Origin: Octopus vulgaris
Taxonomy: Eukaryota
Direction of reading: 5' to 3'
Length of the DNA: 64,000 bases
Assembly (NCBI GenBank): GCA_951406725.2
Contig: OX597816.1
Location: forward strand, 51,088,001 to 51,152,000
This document shows, one piece after another, positions 41,536 to 55,080 of the stretch (its first letter is position 1; the number at the start of each line of letters is the position of its first letter). The translations under genes and the position numbers were made by a program. The notes under the pieces are model-generated. The model was not told where the DNA came from, ran no database searches, and was given only the letters and a program-made list of their open reading frames with translations.

Positions 41536-41805
41536 AAGTGAGAGAGCAGTGCATCCCATGAAAGTGACACTGGGGTATAAATATACGAAACCCAGTATAC
41601 CCATCAGGACTACCCGTCTGACAAGGGTACACTAGGCACATGCATAACAACCATATGTGCGTAACATACTGATCTCATATCGAGATAAACAGTACATGAC
41701 CTTGCAGGTGGGGCCCAGTTTGAATCCTCAACTGGTCGAGTAACCCATCCCGTTCAAAAGGTCCCTGAATAAGGGTTGTTTAAGGATGTTGAACAAAACA
41801 TCCAC
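41536..41805 (-). mobile_element. 5'-truncated family S element
   Basis: Collinear with 50936-51205; (TTA)n on both sides. Confidence 0.8.
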
Positions 41806-41817
41806 TATTATCATTAC

Positions 41818-41876
<59 letters not shown>

Positions 41877-41877
<1 letters not shown>

Positions 41878-42638
41878 TTTTTTTCCCTTCTTTCAAATTT
41901 GCTTCCATTTCTTGCCGAGTGTCTTCCCGACTCCTAGGACAAAGAAACTCATAGTATACATTGGTAGGCCATGAAACCAAACTCAATAGTTCGTTCATTT
42001 TTTTTTTATTTTTTTTTAAGTTAAATTAAAATACATGAGCAGCAACAGTTCTCACATCGACAATGCTCTTCTCAATACGTGTGATGTACCAGTTAAGACA
42101 ATCTTTTGCACTTCTTGCAGGGATGGTAAGCCAGGGATCATTCTCATATAATTTTCGGTTCCCTTCTTGATCATTCCTAGTGCTCCTACGATCACTGGTA
42201 TTGTAACCGCCTTGAGATGCCACATTTTCTCAATTTCAATGAGTAGGTCTTTATATTTTCTGAGCTTGTCAAACTCTTTCGCTGAGATATTATGATCACA
42301 GGGGATGCTCATGTCGATCAATAAGCAAACTTTATTGTTTTGTCTTTCACAAAAATATCTGGTTTATTGGCCTTGATGGTTCGGTCTGTATGTACTGGAA
42401 AGTCCCACAGAATGGTTACATTTTCTCCTTCAGTTACAGCCTCAGGGTGGTGATTATACCACTTGTCGGCAGTTTTGATATTGTAATGCCGACTTATTAG
42501 CCAGTGGAGATATTGGCCAACTCTGTCATGTCTTAATTTATACTCCACTGGTGCTTTACATCCAGAGATTAGGTGGTCCACTGTTTCAATCATGTCGTTG
42601 CAGAAACGGCATTTTGGGTCTGCTCCATTTTTCATCAC

Positions 42639-42640
<2 letters not shown>
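41877..42640 (-). mobile_element. R4/Dong-type retrotransposon 3' end, family A (CCHC finger + restriction-like endonuclease)
   Basis: CRFCNDMIETVDHLISGC, RHDRVGQYLHW, ILWDFPVHTDRTIKANKPDI, IDMSIP, KEFDKLRKYKDL, IPVIVGALG; one frameshift near 42320; (TTA)n on both sides. Confidence 0.92.
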
Positions 42641-42702
<62 letters not shown>

Positions 42703-42719
42703 CATTATTATTATTATTA

Positions 42720-42781
<62 letters not shown>

Positions 42782-43024
42782 GCCATAGCTTCGCCTAGAA
42801 TTAGAAACCTTTAATCATCATCCAAGTATAATGAGTATTACAACTGAGATAATCATGCAATATCTGTATGTGTAATCACAATCAAACACGGACTGTTTAA
42901 TAACTTCTGTCGAACGAGAACGAACAAAAGTTCAGAATAAAATGCCCGCAAGTTATAAAATATTCCCAGACAACAATCATAGTAAATATTTATTCTCATT
43001 GTTATCTGCCTGATGTACATTACT

Positions 43025-43257
43025 TATTTCTTTACTATCCACAAGGGGCTAAACACAGACAGGACAAACAAGGACAGACAAACGTATTAAATCGATTACA
43101 TCGACCCCAGTGCGTAACTGGTACTTAATTTATCGAACCCGAAAAGATGAAATGTAAAGTCAAACTCGGCGGAATTTGAACACAGAACGTAGCTGCAGAC
43201 GAAATACCGCTAGGCATTTCGCCCGGCGTGCTAACATTTCTGGCAGCTCGCCGTCTT
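43025..43257 (-). mobile_element. Full-length Nin-type SINE with perfect 12-bp TSD
   Basis: Reverse complement of the 5628 family; ATGTACATTACT at 43013-43024 and 43258-43269. Confidence 0.92.
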
Positions 43258-43619
43258 ATGTACATTACTACGGTTTTGACACCTAGGGAGTGCCATTGTT
43301 GGGTTGGTGTCAACACAAACACTGCTAGGAAATAACTAGACAAGCTGTACGACCAATCCATTAATGTCTTATATCCGTTATGTATTCGCCTACTTCCTAT
43401 TATATATTCCATCATGGTATATAGACAAAATCATCTTAACCTCTAAATTTAAAGCTAGAAATTGAAAAGAAGTATCTATGTAAAACGAAATTAGCCGCCA
43501 AAGCAACACATACTTTGGGATATCCCAGAAACATCTGTAAGACTGAATTTTTATCCAATAATAATAACGTTTATGACTTGAGATGTTTGTCTTGCCTTAA
43601 CATTTACTGTCAATTTAAC

Positions 43620-43674
<55 letters not shown>

Positions 43675-44249
43675 CATACAGAAACCCGGGGACTACGGTA
43701 TCATATGAACATCGTCAAAGACTGATAAGATCATTTAGGAAGTAAATCAATTTAAGTCACCTACGTTTACAATCCACAAATATTTCAACTTTACGAGAAT
43801 GTAGGTAAAATCACAAGAATGCGATCACAAAACATAAAACGTTCGAAAGCAAACGTATGAAATATCATTAGCTGCTTAATGGATGTCCGTGCAGCATGAA
43901 GTTTTGGCAGCACAATGCAATGTAGTAGTATTGAGAGTCAATAAAATTCAGCAGGAGCGAAATATTCGCGTAGCCTGCCAATTAAGCCAACACATGTTTA
44001 TTACTAGAAGCCGAAACATAAAATCAAATAATTTAGAATTAAGTTACAGTGAAAAATTCATTTTTAATACAAAGAAATTCCTCCTGAAAGAGACACTGCC
44101 ATCTTAAGAATATTGTGCAAACTAGTGCGCCTGAACTGAACTCATTCAATTATAAGAATAAAACTACATGTATAAATACATATATACATAAACACACACA
44201 TATATATGTGCATGTTTTCGCGTGTTTGTGTGTGTGTGACTGCGTGTGT

Positions 44250-44321
<72 letters not shown>

Positions 44322-44491
44322 GTGACAAGCGATAGATTTGTAGCATTTTGGATCCAAATCGCGAATCCTCTTTTTCATATCAACCGAGCCTCCCTTTCAG
44401 AATCATAAATATAACGACCACATTTCATTGTCGGTCACCAAACTTCGAAAGTTAGGTGTTAATTTTCATTAAACTCATAACGTACTGAAAT

Positions 44492-44584
44492 ACTGACTTT
44501 GCTCATTCTCTCTTTTAAATCTTTTATAGCCACCGAAGACTGACTTTGCTCATTCTCTCTTTCAAATCTTTTATAGCCACCGAA
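44492..44584. repeat. 47-bp tandem duplication
   Basis: ACTGACTTTGCTCATTCTCTCTTT(T/C)AAATCTTTTATAGCCACCGAA at 44492 and 44539. Confidence 0.9.
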
Positions 44585-44699
44585 TCATTTATACGCTGAT
44601 TCTGCCACTATCTAGTAAAAAATAGTATCCGTAGTCCAGTCGTGCAACAAGATCACAATGTAAATTGCTGGTCTGCATGAAGTTCTACTAACACTCATT

Positions 44700-44921
44700 G
44701 GAGACACATGATAGCGGTTGCTGCTGGTGATCTGCCACTGCTGTTTTTGTATTTAATGTTTGACTCGCTTAAAACCTCTTCATTTAACTGTGCACATGGT
44801 TCTTTTAAGAGCTTTTCTATGCGTAAACAACATTAATCCCTCTGCGGATGTCGAACAGTCTACATTCATCTTCTGTTAAGAACTGACAGACAGCAAGTCG
44901 GTGATTCTGTTTTGAACTCAT
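44700..44921 (-). pseudogene. Decayed mariner transposase N-terminus (HTH)
   Basis: MSSKQNHRLAVCQFLTEDECRLFDIRRGINVVYA* resembles mariner RAVIxFLxxEGxxxxDIHRRLxxVYG; followed by MKRF and an SGRSP remnant. Confidence 0.5.
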
Positions 44922-45004
44922 TATTGAACTGCAAAAACAAAAAGAATAGGAAGGAGATTTTCTATAGGGTAACAGTTACTATAACTACATGCAAAATTTC
45001 AATA

Positions 45005-45210
45005 CAACAATCCCTCGATATCGTGAGTGTTACGTTCCAAAACCCGCCACGATAGGTGAAAAGCTGTGAAGTAGGAACAGGGCAGTACATTATTTTTTCA
45101 TTATTTGCATGTATTTATTTTGTTATACATGCAAAACAACACTGAAGTATCGACGTAAGCTTCAATAATAAATCGCGATAGGTGAACCGCGATCTAGAAA
45201 GGGATTTCTG
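45005..45210. mobile_element. pogo/Tigger-like MITE
   Basis: TA|CAACAATCCCTCGATATCG ... CGCGATCTAGAAAGGGATTTCTG|TA; internal CGATAGGTGAA appears twice. Confidence 0.6.
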
Positions 45211-46749
45211 TATTGATTTGTGTACAACGTTCCTTTTTCTAAGAATATATGTATATGTGTGCGTATGTGTGTGTATTTGTGTGTGCGTGTGTGTGTGTGT
45301 ATGTGTGTGTGTTCATCGGACAGTTTTTCACAACCAAAACTGTTCGACGAAAGGAAACGTGAAACTTTGAGTAACAGCTTTTGGGGTGTTTTGCAGCTTT
45401 ATCAATAAAGTATATACACACATGAGAGCGCGCACACACACACAAACCCACACACATACACACACACACATATGCACGTATATATGTTCGTGCGTATGTG
45501 TGTATGCATGTATGTACGTATGCGTCTGTATGCTCGCGTGAATAAATTAATTTAATGGTTGCATAATTGTATCCATGCATGAAGGTGAATCTCAGCAAAA
45601 TCCATTTGGGATTTTCCTATTAGTAGTTCTCAGTCATTGGTGGCAACGCAGCAAATGATCTGGCAATTTTTATTATGAACTAATTGCCATTTGTTTAGAA
45701 AGTGTTCTGATTGTTGTAGAGCGTTTAAGGGTACCATGCAAACCAGTACAGAGATCAGTTACTCGGATCGTTCTAAATTTCCATCACAAATTTCCTTTCT
45801 TAGTGCAGATGTATGAACTGTATGTTCCTCATTTCAAAATTATAAATATTATAGGCATTATTGCCCTGAGTGTAAGTTTTTCCGCATCCTAATGTATTCT
45901 GAAGTCGTTTAAATTTCAAATGCCTTTATGCTTTTAAACCTTAAATATATTTGCGAATTACCGTGTGTGATAGTCTTGCATTATCTCTAACGGTATAGCG
46001 ATAAAGTTATTGAAATATGCTACCGAGTAGTAAGTGGATTATCAGCAAGGCTGTTGCTAAAATAAGTTTACCGTGTCTCTCCCTTTAATGGACAACATCC
46101 ATTAAATTCTTAACGTTATGCAGTCATAGTTTTGTATTTGATATTCATAGTTCTTTTAGATAAATCAGTATAATCTTTAGAGAGTGAATAGCTAGCTGTG
46201 AATGCATTCATGCAATAATCCATGAAATTGGAAAGAAATTATTTGCAACGTGAAGTATTTTACTCGATTAAAACATTTGAACAAACAAGGTGAATTAAAT
46301 GTCGATAGTGGTCTGATATTTCCAGTTATGCAAGAAAAGATTTTGTGTAAATAGTATTTAATGCCGTATTAGACGTCTTGCAAAATTTTTGCTTCAATAA
46401 AAATAGATTTTTAATATATTTAGCAAATAAATAAAAGTATTTTTTTCTGATTTGTAGATCTCTGAAAATTAGGCCGTAAATTCCACCATTCTAGTTTTCG
46501 CAGTGTGTTTCAGTGTCTATATGCAATCATATCATTCATATTCACGCTAGTCATCCTTTCAAGCAATGGTTATCAACCAGGGTCATATGACACCAGGCGG
46601 TCCAGACAAGATTTATGAAGGGTCCACACAAGCGAAATAGTAAATTGGAGACCTACAGTAGTGTGCTAAGTGTCTATAAAAAAGTTCATGCTTTAGATGT
46701 ATTTTTTGCAAGAAACAGCTTCCTTTTTCTCAACCGACACAACTTAAAG

Positions 46750-46915
46750 TGCTCGAAACGTATCACACGCTTTTTTTCCCTGAGCGGCTTATTAATATTT
46801 TACATGTAGCACGTACCCACCTTGCTGTTTTGTTTTCTTCTTACCCGTTTCTTCCTCCATTTTATCAACTATTACCACACGCTCACACGTTCCCCGTCCT
46901 CACTACTGGAAAATT
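46750..46915 (+). mobile_element. Penelope-like pLTR fragment; inverted homolog at 54800-54990
   Basis: GCTCGAAACG...TTATTAATA.TTTACATGTAGCACGTACCCACCTTGCTGTTTTGTTTTCTTCTT is shared in reverse complement with 54800-54965. Confidence 0.6.
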
Positions 46916-47939
46916 CGAAGAAATCTTTAACATGACTACATGGAAGGAATAGGCTTGAGATTTTGGTGGCAAGGGAGACAACTGTGATTTGGCATACGTG
47001 TTGTATAATCAAGCAGTGCGTGTGTTTGTGTGTGTGTGTGTGCGTGCGTGAAGCTAATATGCGTGGGTGTGTGTGAACCAACATTCTACAAAAACAATAC
47101 CTTCTTCTATACTCTATGTGTTTATGCATGTATATATGTGTATGAGTGAGTGTGTATATGAGGCTATCACACCTGTATGAATACGTGTGTGTGAGTGTAA
47201 CGCGTGTATATTTCGTGTATTTTTGCGTGTGCGTATGCATGTCTGCAGAGTAGGGATAAGGAGTGTGTGTATTCGTAGATATACGTTCTGTTTGAACGTA
47301 AACCTTTGTGCGTGGTGTAGGGAAATAAGCGAAACGGTGAGAGTAGGTTTGTGGGACTAGAAATTGAGGGGGCTGTAGGAATGTAGGAGGTTAGTCGTGT
47401 GTTTACATGTGAAGAGGTTGTTTTAAAGAAAAATAAGTCGAGAAATTTTATGGAAATTTAGAGAGGCTTGCATTATGAGAGATAACAGTCTCTAGAGTTA
47501 TGATTTCGAAAGCAAATAAGTCTCGGGGGAATCTGGGTGAGAATCGAGAAGGAAAAGGAATTTAGAAGACGAAGAGCGTGGTTGGTGTTGTCAGTGTCTG
47601 AAAAGAGGGAAGACACTGAGACAACAAGGACGAGTTCGGGGTATTTAGAGATTCAGTGGGACAATTTCATGTGCAGGCAAAGGAACTGTCTGTGCTTTGG
47701 GGAATATCGATATTAGGAAAGACATGATAGGGTTGCGTGAAGTTCGGAAAGCAATGTTGGAAACTATACGATGTAGGAGATGGAAAAAGAAATAAATTCT
47801 TGGTTGGTGGAAGAAACGAACCGCTGTTTGTGAACTGTGGATTCGGAGGGTAGAGATCGGTAGAAGGTGGTTTCCTGGCGTTGGCTGAGCGCCCCACCTC
47901 TGTAGCGGACCGCACTCTACGCAATCCTAACTCCACGAT

Positions 47940-48960
47940 TGTCTGCAGCTTTGATGACGATGTACTACAGGCATTGGAGCGAACAAAGGGCTGAGATTCC
48001 GTCTTGGGAGAGGCTGAGTTTACGGAGTTACATCTGGAAGCTGAAGAGATCTGGGGAGCAGTGGAAAACGCTTGCTAACTCATTGATTGCATTTAACTGG
48101 CCAGGAACCGGGGTCCAGTACGATTGTTGGAAGCCCAGATCAGTGAAGGAATTGTTTATTCTATTGATGGGGAGCATTGTGGAAGCGATCGTGCAATTCG
48201 CTCGGTGCACAAACAGTTGTATAGCAGCCCGAATTTGAATGTCGTAGCACGGCATGGTAAAAGGTATGAAACGGAAAACTCTACTAAGGAAAGAAGACAC
48301 AGCTTCACAGATAGGGAGATCATGGAAATAGTAACAACAGAGTAGAGGGGAGAGGTTTGATTAAAGAACGTTAGTGCATGGGGGAAGAAGTGGTGGTAGC
48401 TGTGGTAGACTGGGAAGAGATACAGAAGAAAGTAGTATAAGGAAAAGGGAAGATAATGCAAGGCTGGGGTGGAAGAGTGAGCAGTGGTGGAGGGGCGGGG
48501 AAAGAGTGGAGGGTTATTGCAGGTGTAGTGAAGGGAGGGTTGTAGTGACATCGGTTGGGACAGGATGGAGTGGTGATTCTAGTGCTTAATGCGAGCAACA
48601 AAGTCATGAAGTAACAGGCTGATGTAGAGAATTTAAACGGAGGATAGAGTGGGTAGCAAAGTGGGAGATGTAGGAAAAGAAGATAAAATAGCCAAGTAGT
48701 TGAAGAAGGAGAAGGGTACTATTTTCGTGAGACTAGAGCTAACGGATGTGGTACCGCAGATGTCTTCGATAGAGTAGACACAGTGGGCGGTAGGATGGAC
48801 GTGGAGACGGAAGCCTTTGGGGGATGAGGTTTACATGAAAGTAGCGATTGAGGAAGGAAATATGAATAGAGAAATAGGGGCTTCTGAAGGTGTCTATTTT
48901 ATGGCTGAGAGATGGTCGGAAGCAGCAGATACGAAACATTTTGAGGTAATGTTTTGATAT
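47940..48960 (-). pseudogene. Decayed N-terminal part of a Penelope-like ORF
   Basis: HISFLNRYFHVNLIPQRL (cf. HxxFLxxCxxxxLIPKG), LSRVFRFIP (cf. LSKGLxFxP), WTPVPGQ, and IVIKAAD at ~47945 (IVIKPADKG motif), where it breaks. Confidence 0.65.
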
Positions 48961-49606
48961 AGTAGTGTAAATAGAGAAAGAACGATTTAAAAATCTGTTT
49001 GTTGGTCGAATGAGAAACAGAAGATAAAAAAATAAAGGAAGTTATACTCTTTGTGAATTTCCCTTGAAAAGTAACAATTACATTACTATATTCATTGAAT
49101 GGTGGGTATTTAATTGCATATTCTTCACTTTCTCTGATACACTGAACCCCCTCAAGATACCTGAATTATTCTGAAAAAAATGTCATTACCAATATTTCAC
49201 AGTAGGAAGCGAGATTCATTACCAAAAAATTTCATTTGAGCAATCTTTGTGCAATGCATTATTCCTCGTTGATTTGGAGAGTGCAAAAATAAGTAATATT
49301 ACTTATGGTATAGGTACATACATGTAACATGTATATGTATGTACAATTCTGCCTCAATTACGTAAAGCGCTTCTATTTGGGGTAGATAAAGTAAGTATGA
49401 CTGTACAAGAGAACGCGAGAAAAGTTATAATTGGTGCTTTTTTTTTCTTTTACTATACGATGGAACATTTTTGCCAAACTTTTTTTTTCATTTTTTTGTA
49501 AGGTTCTTGAAACACATATTAAGATTTGAAACAGACAGTGTTATATTCAGCGGGTGGCTATCACACACACAGTATTTATTTGATCTTGATTTAATAGGTA
49601 TTGTTA

Positions 49607-49680
<74 letters not shown>

Positions 49681-50153
49681 GAGTGAGAAAGCAGTGAATG
49701 CCATCAAAGTGACATTGGGGTAAAATATACGAAGCCCAGTATACCCATCATGGCTACCCGTCTGATAAGGGTACACCAGGCACATGCATCACAACCATCT
49801 GTGCGCGACATGGTAATCTCATAACAAGATAAACAGCGCATGACGTTGCAAGTGAGGCCCAATTAGAATTTTCGTCAGGTCCAGTAGCCCATCCCACTCA
49901 AACGGTCCCTGAATAAGGAGCTATGATGCCCCCCACTACTTCTGCTCGTGATCAGAGATGCATGTATCCTCAGCCACGGAGAGACATGCTCAACTGGTTA
50001 TGGTCAAGCAACTGACAAGCAAAGCTCTGGTACTGACCAGAATATTTGCTGTTAGCCCATCTTTTATACCAAGACAAAACAATGTACATGGTAACTCCTC
50101 CAAACAGTTAAGATAAGAATCCATGAGAGCCAGTGCCTGGTACAGCATCATTG
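49681..50153 (-). mobile_element. Family S element reaching the common 5' end (internal deletion)
   Basis: Collinear with 50936-51458; both stop at GAGAGCCA.TGCCTGGTAC.GCATCA; (TTA)n flanks. Confidence 0.8.
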
Positions 50154-50171
50154 AATTTTATCATCATTATG

Positions 50172-50243
<72 letters not shown>

Positions 50244-50244
<1 letters not shown>

Positions 50245-50872
50245 TATGTTTGACTTTTGCTTTATGTCTGTACAAGTTGGCTCCAAGTCTCACCCAGAGA
50301 CCTCAAGAGACAACAGGTTGGAAGTTCTGTGCCATATATTTGGGGTTTTTTTTTTGTGTTGTACTAGTGAATGTCTAATACATAAAAACAAAATTAAATA
50401 AAAACTAATAATAATAATAATAATAGTATTAAAAATAAATAAATAAAAAATTAAAAAAATAAATAAATAAATTTTAAAAAAGTTTGTTGTAAACCTTGGG
50501 ATTACATAGAGAGTATTTTGCGTAGGATATGAGCAGTTCCCATGAGCACTATCTTTTGAATTTCTGCCATTTTGGGGTTTCCTGGTATCTGAGTTAGGTA
50601 GCAATCAGTCCCTTTCGCTATCATTCCCAGGGCACCTATGACAACAGGTATTGTTTTAGTCTTCAGCTTCCACATTTTGTGGAATTCTATTTCAAGATCT
50701 TTATATTTGCTCAGTTTTTGGTAGGTCTTGACAGATACGTTTATATCGATTGGGACAGTCATATCAATGAGGAGGCATGTTCTTTGTCTGAAGTCTTTCA
50801 ATATGATGTCTGGCCTATTTGCATCTATCTTCCTGTCAGTTTGAATGGTGACGTTCCAGAGGAGTGAGATGT
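50244..50872 (-). mobile_element. R4/Dong-type retrotransposon 3' end, family B (RLE)
   Basis: NRPDII, LLIDMTVPIDINVSVKTYQKLSKYKDLEIE, IPVVIGALG, IQKIVLMGTAHILRKILSM*. Confidence 0.9.
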
Positions 50873-50874
50873 AA

Positions 50875-50935
<61 letters not shown>

Positions 50936-51457
50936 GAGTGAGAGAGCAGTTCATACCATCAAAGTGACACTGGGGTAAAATATACGAAGCCCAATATACC
51001 CATCATGACTACCCGTCAGATATGGGTACACCAGGCACATGCGTCACAACCATATGTGCGCGACATGGTGATCTCATATCAAGATAAACAGCACATGACC
51101 CTGCAGGTGTGGCCCAGTTAGAATTTTCTTCAGGTTGAGTAGCCCATCCCGCTCAAAGGTCCCTGAATAAGGGTTGTTTAAGGATTTTGAAAGAACCACC
51201 CATGTTTCCAGAGGTGAATTATTCAAACTCCAAAGAATCCCTCTCAACACATGGCTATAATGCTCCCCCACTACTTCTGCTCGTGCTCAGAGATGCACAT
51301 ATCGTCAGCCACTAAGGGACATGCCCAACTGGTTAAGGTCAAACAACTGACAAACAAATCTATGGTATTGAGCAGAATATTTGCTGTAGCCCATCTTTTA
51401 TACCAAGATAAAACAATGTAAGATCACATAGAGCCACTGCCTGGTACTGCATCAGGA

Positions 51458-51458
<1 letters not shown>
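50936..51458 (-). mobile_element. Family S element, most complete copy
   Basis: ~520 bp, no recognisable ORF, 3' end ...CTCTCTCACTC(AAT)n, (TTA)n on both sides. Confidence 0.8.
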
Positions 51459-51492
<34 letters not shown>

Positions 51493-51518
51493 GTAGTAGT
51501 AGTAGTAGTAGTAGTAGC

Positions 51519-51569
<51 letters not shown>

Positions 51570-51573
<4 letters not shown>

Positions 51574-51840
51574 CTTATAGGATTGAGGTAACTCATCCAG
51601 AAGATATACAAGCAAAAAAAAAACTGCCATAGTTATCAAGTGAACGATATTTGGACATGTCTTACCCACGGGTTCAAAAAATTAACTTGTCAATCTACTT
51701 CCTGTTGGTAATACTTGTAGGATTGAGACAACTCCTCAAGAATATATAGAAGCAAAAAAAAAGGATGAGTGATAACAATGGCACTCTTTTTTTCGCTTCT
51801 ATTTCTTCTGGAGGAGTTACCTCAATCCTATAAGTATTAC
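51570..51840. repeat. Inverted/direct triple repeat (MITE-like)
   Basis: TACTTATAGGATTGAGGTAACTC...AAGCAAAAAAA at 51572, direct copy at ~51711, inverted copy GAGTTACCTCAATCCTATAAGTA ending ~51836. Confidence 0.7.
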
Positions 51841-51843
51841 GAA

Positions 51844-52180
51844 AAATTCCTCCGAGGTCGACTTTGCCTTTCATCCTTTCGGGTTCGATTAGATAAGTAC
51901 CAGTTACGCACAGAGGTCGATCTAATCGACTTAATCCGTTTGTCTGTCCGTGTTTGTCTTCTCCGTGTTTAGCCCCTTGTGGGTAGTAAAGAAATAGGCA
52001 TTTCGTCTGCCGCTGCGTTCTGAGTTCAAATTCCGCCGAGGTCGACTTTGCCTTTCATCCTTTTGGGGTCGATAAATTAAGTTTCAGTTACGCACTGGGG
52101 TCGATCTAATCGACTTAATCCGTTTGTCTGTCCTTGTTTGTCCTCTCTGTGTTTAGCCCCTTGTGGGTAGTAAAGAAATA
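51844..52180 (+). mobile_element. Head-to-tail dimer of 5'-truncated Nin-type SINEs
   Basis: Two units each ending GGGTAGTAAAGAAATA (51996 and 52180). Confidence 0.88.
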
Positions 52181-54036
52181 TATATTACAAGTTTTGTACC
52201 CTTGTATTTTATTAAGTATGTTATACTATATGTTTATTTTTTTTCATTCTCTAGTTATTTATTCATTCATTTTTTTTTCTTTTCTGTTCAGGCTTTTGTC
52301 GTCAGGTACTGTTGTGTGGTGGAGTGAGAAGTTCGGCCTATTTTGTATTATGTATGTGGCGTCCGAAGTCTGACTGATTGTCATGTTCTATGTGTCGATG
52401 GGATCCTAAACTCTAACTTATTCGCTGTGCCCCCCTCTTCTTATTTACCATGCTGTTATAGTACTGACAAATCTTCTCCTTCATCGGTTTCCACCTTTTT
52501 CCACTTATCCTATTACTTATGCTATGTGCTGCCTCCTCAATGTACATCGTTGTCCTCTTCTGCACCGTATCTCTATACACCTCCCCCCATTGACAAAATT
52601 ACTAGTTTTACTTTTTATCATTAAGCTTCATCTGCGCACCATACATTTCCTCTCCGTAAAAGAGATTTTTTTTCATATGGATACGTTCTACAGATCAAAG
52701 ATGTTTTGGGAGTGTGGGAATTGCATAGAAAGAACTAAAAGGAAAAGAGGAAAGGTCAGCTGTTGGTATGAGAACCAAAAACGCCAATGTGATGTTCGTT
52801 CGTGCTACCCCTAGAGACGAACTATCCTAAAGTAAAATGAATCTACAGATTGAAGTTTTAGAATGGCCAGAACCTTTCTGGTGGTGAGCATTTTATATTT
52901 TTTTTACGAGATTTACCTAGCATATTCAGTATGGAGAGGGGGCGTAAAGTGGGTGGCGTAAGGTAAGGCAATGTTTGAGGTGTTACTTGCTTACAGGTTC
53001 ATATTTCAGTTATTCATGGTTACTTATATGAGGGATTTTATTTGCTGAAAAAAATCGTGGGATCCCTCTTACGTCGATGTCACCAAAATGGAACGGTTAA
53101 AGCTAAGTTCTTTCACGCTGTTGCATAAAAACTCCACTTGATTTTACAAAAAAAAATTGTTACAAATTCCTAGCTAACATGTATATGTAACAATTTTTGT
53201 ACAATATGAGAATATGTTTATATTTACGTATAAACGACCAATCAAGAAATCAATAAGGAATTTTGTTTTGAAATTTATGTGAGTTAACTTAAGTGTTATA
53301 CAATTAAATAATAATAAAATGTAATATTGTAGCTAATATAATTATCAGTATAATTAACTGAAGTATTACATCTGAAAACGGGAAATACTCATAGGTAAGT
53401 CCTGTAATAATATATTTACAACACTCTCCCACATTTTATAAACATCCTCTTGATTTTGTAAACGTCATTTTGAAATCCATATTACTTCGTATTTTCTGTT
53501 GTCTTTCAAACATTAATATGCAATGTTATATTCTTTTATCGGATATCAAGAAACGAATAAGAATCTAGCTATACTCCTCCTGCCAAAATTCCATAATTCA
53601 GATATACATTTTTTTTTTACCTAGTTATAAATAATTTGCTGCTAATAATTTTAGCAAACTTCGAGGTAGGAGAATTGAGAAAATCAGTAGAAATATCTCC
53701 CATACTTATTTACGTATAGATTTCAAATCCCACCTAAGTCAACATGCACTGGCCTTTTCGTTCATTCTTTCTTGTTAGATGTCTGATAAAATATATTCTT
53801 AGTAAAGTGTGACGGTTCAATATGGAGCTACACGACTTTATTCCAGTCTTCGAAAGAATTCGTTTAATGTATTTTATGTGTGAAGTTACTTTTAAATAAT
53901 GTTATCTTAATATTTGAATATTTTCCTCCTGACATTATATGCAACGTTCGTGAAGGTCATAAGCAGATGACAATTTAGTATCTTAAATTATTGAAACTCC
54001 TAAGAATAACAAGTGAGTGTCTAAAATACAACATTC

Positions 54037-54039
<3 letters not shown>

Positions 54040-54085
<46 letters not shown>

Positions 54086-54088
54086 TAT

Positions 54089-54139
<51 letters not shown>

Positions 54140-54172
54140 TATATATATATACACATGTACATATACATATAT

Positions 54173-54252
<80 letters not shown>

Positions 54253-54292
54253 ACACATATACCTATATATACATATATATATATATATATAT
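54040..54292. repeat. Compound (TA)n/(CA)n microsatellite (representative of many in the window)
   Basis: Directly visible; similar tracts at ~1280, 18198, 33535, 35538, 57380, 59060, 60015, 60285, 60725 and 63225. Confidence 0.95.
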
Positions 54293-54596
54293 TGAAAAAT
54301 TGACAGTTTGTTTCTAACATAGTCTTCATTTCCGTAATGCTGTTAAAATATAAATAACATGCTCGAAATATATTTTTCTTTCATATTGATATAAACAACA
54401 AAATAATACGTTATTAAAAATATAAGGAAATAAATTGAAACATTATGACACTAATCATACGATTATGTCATGCTGTTCACAATTGTCTGCTCAATACCTA
54501 TAATCATATACACATAAATATACACACACAAACGATTATATATGTCTGTACATATCTATCTATTTATGTATCTGTCTGTCTGTCTGTCTCTCTCTG

Positions 54597-54662
<66 letters not shown>

Positions 54663-54711
54663 CGTGTGTGTGTGTGTCTATTTGTGTGTGTGTTTATGTG
54701 TGTGTATTATA

Positions 54712-55080
54712 TAATCAAGGTGTAGAAATTGCGTACTCCGAAAGGATAAGGTAATGTAATCCAATGGTAGAAAGAATTCCGCAAATTTTGTACTCCAAAT
54801 CCAGTAGTGAGGACGGGGGTCCGTGTGAGCGTGCGGTAAATAGTTGATAAAAAATGGAGGAAGAAATGGGCAAGAAGAAAACAAAACAGCAAGGTGGGTA
54901 CGTGCTACATGTAAAGTATTAATAAGCCGCACAGGGAAAGAAAGGGTGTGATGCTTTTCGAGCAAAGTTCTTCTTCAGAAGCATGAGACGGAGGAAAGTC
55001 CAAAGAAAAAGACACACGGTGGAAAAAATCACCAACAATCCTCATGTAGATACATTTTGGAATGACCGGAAGAAGGTTGA
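54712..55080 (-). mobile_element. Penelope-like pLTR with hammerhead-like motif
   Basis: Minus strand CTGAAGA-A-GAAC-TTT-GCTC-GAAA at 54956-54978; homologous to 46750-46915. Confidence 0.6.

Noticed and set aside
44820-44950. Host exon after a strong minus-strand acceptor (TTCTTTTTGTTTTTGCAG at 44929)
   Set aside because: Reading frames close quickly and the best one resembles a mariner transposase N-terminus.
53983-54329. YI/IY, HT/CV, poly-I/N/L/Y ORFs here and throughout the track
   Set aside because: Translations of (TA)n, (CA)n and (TAA)n microsatellites.
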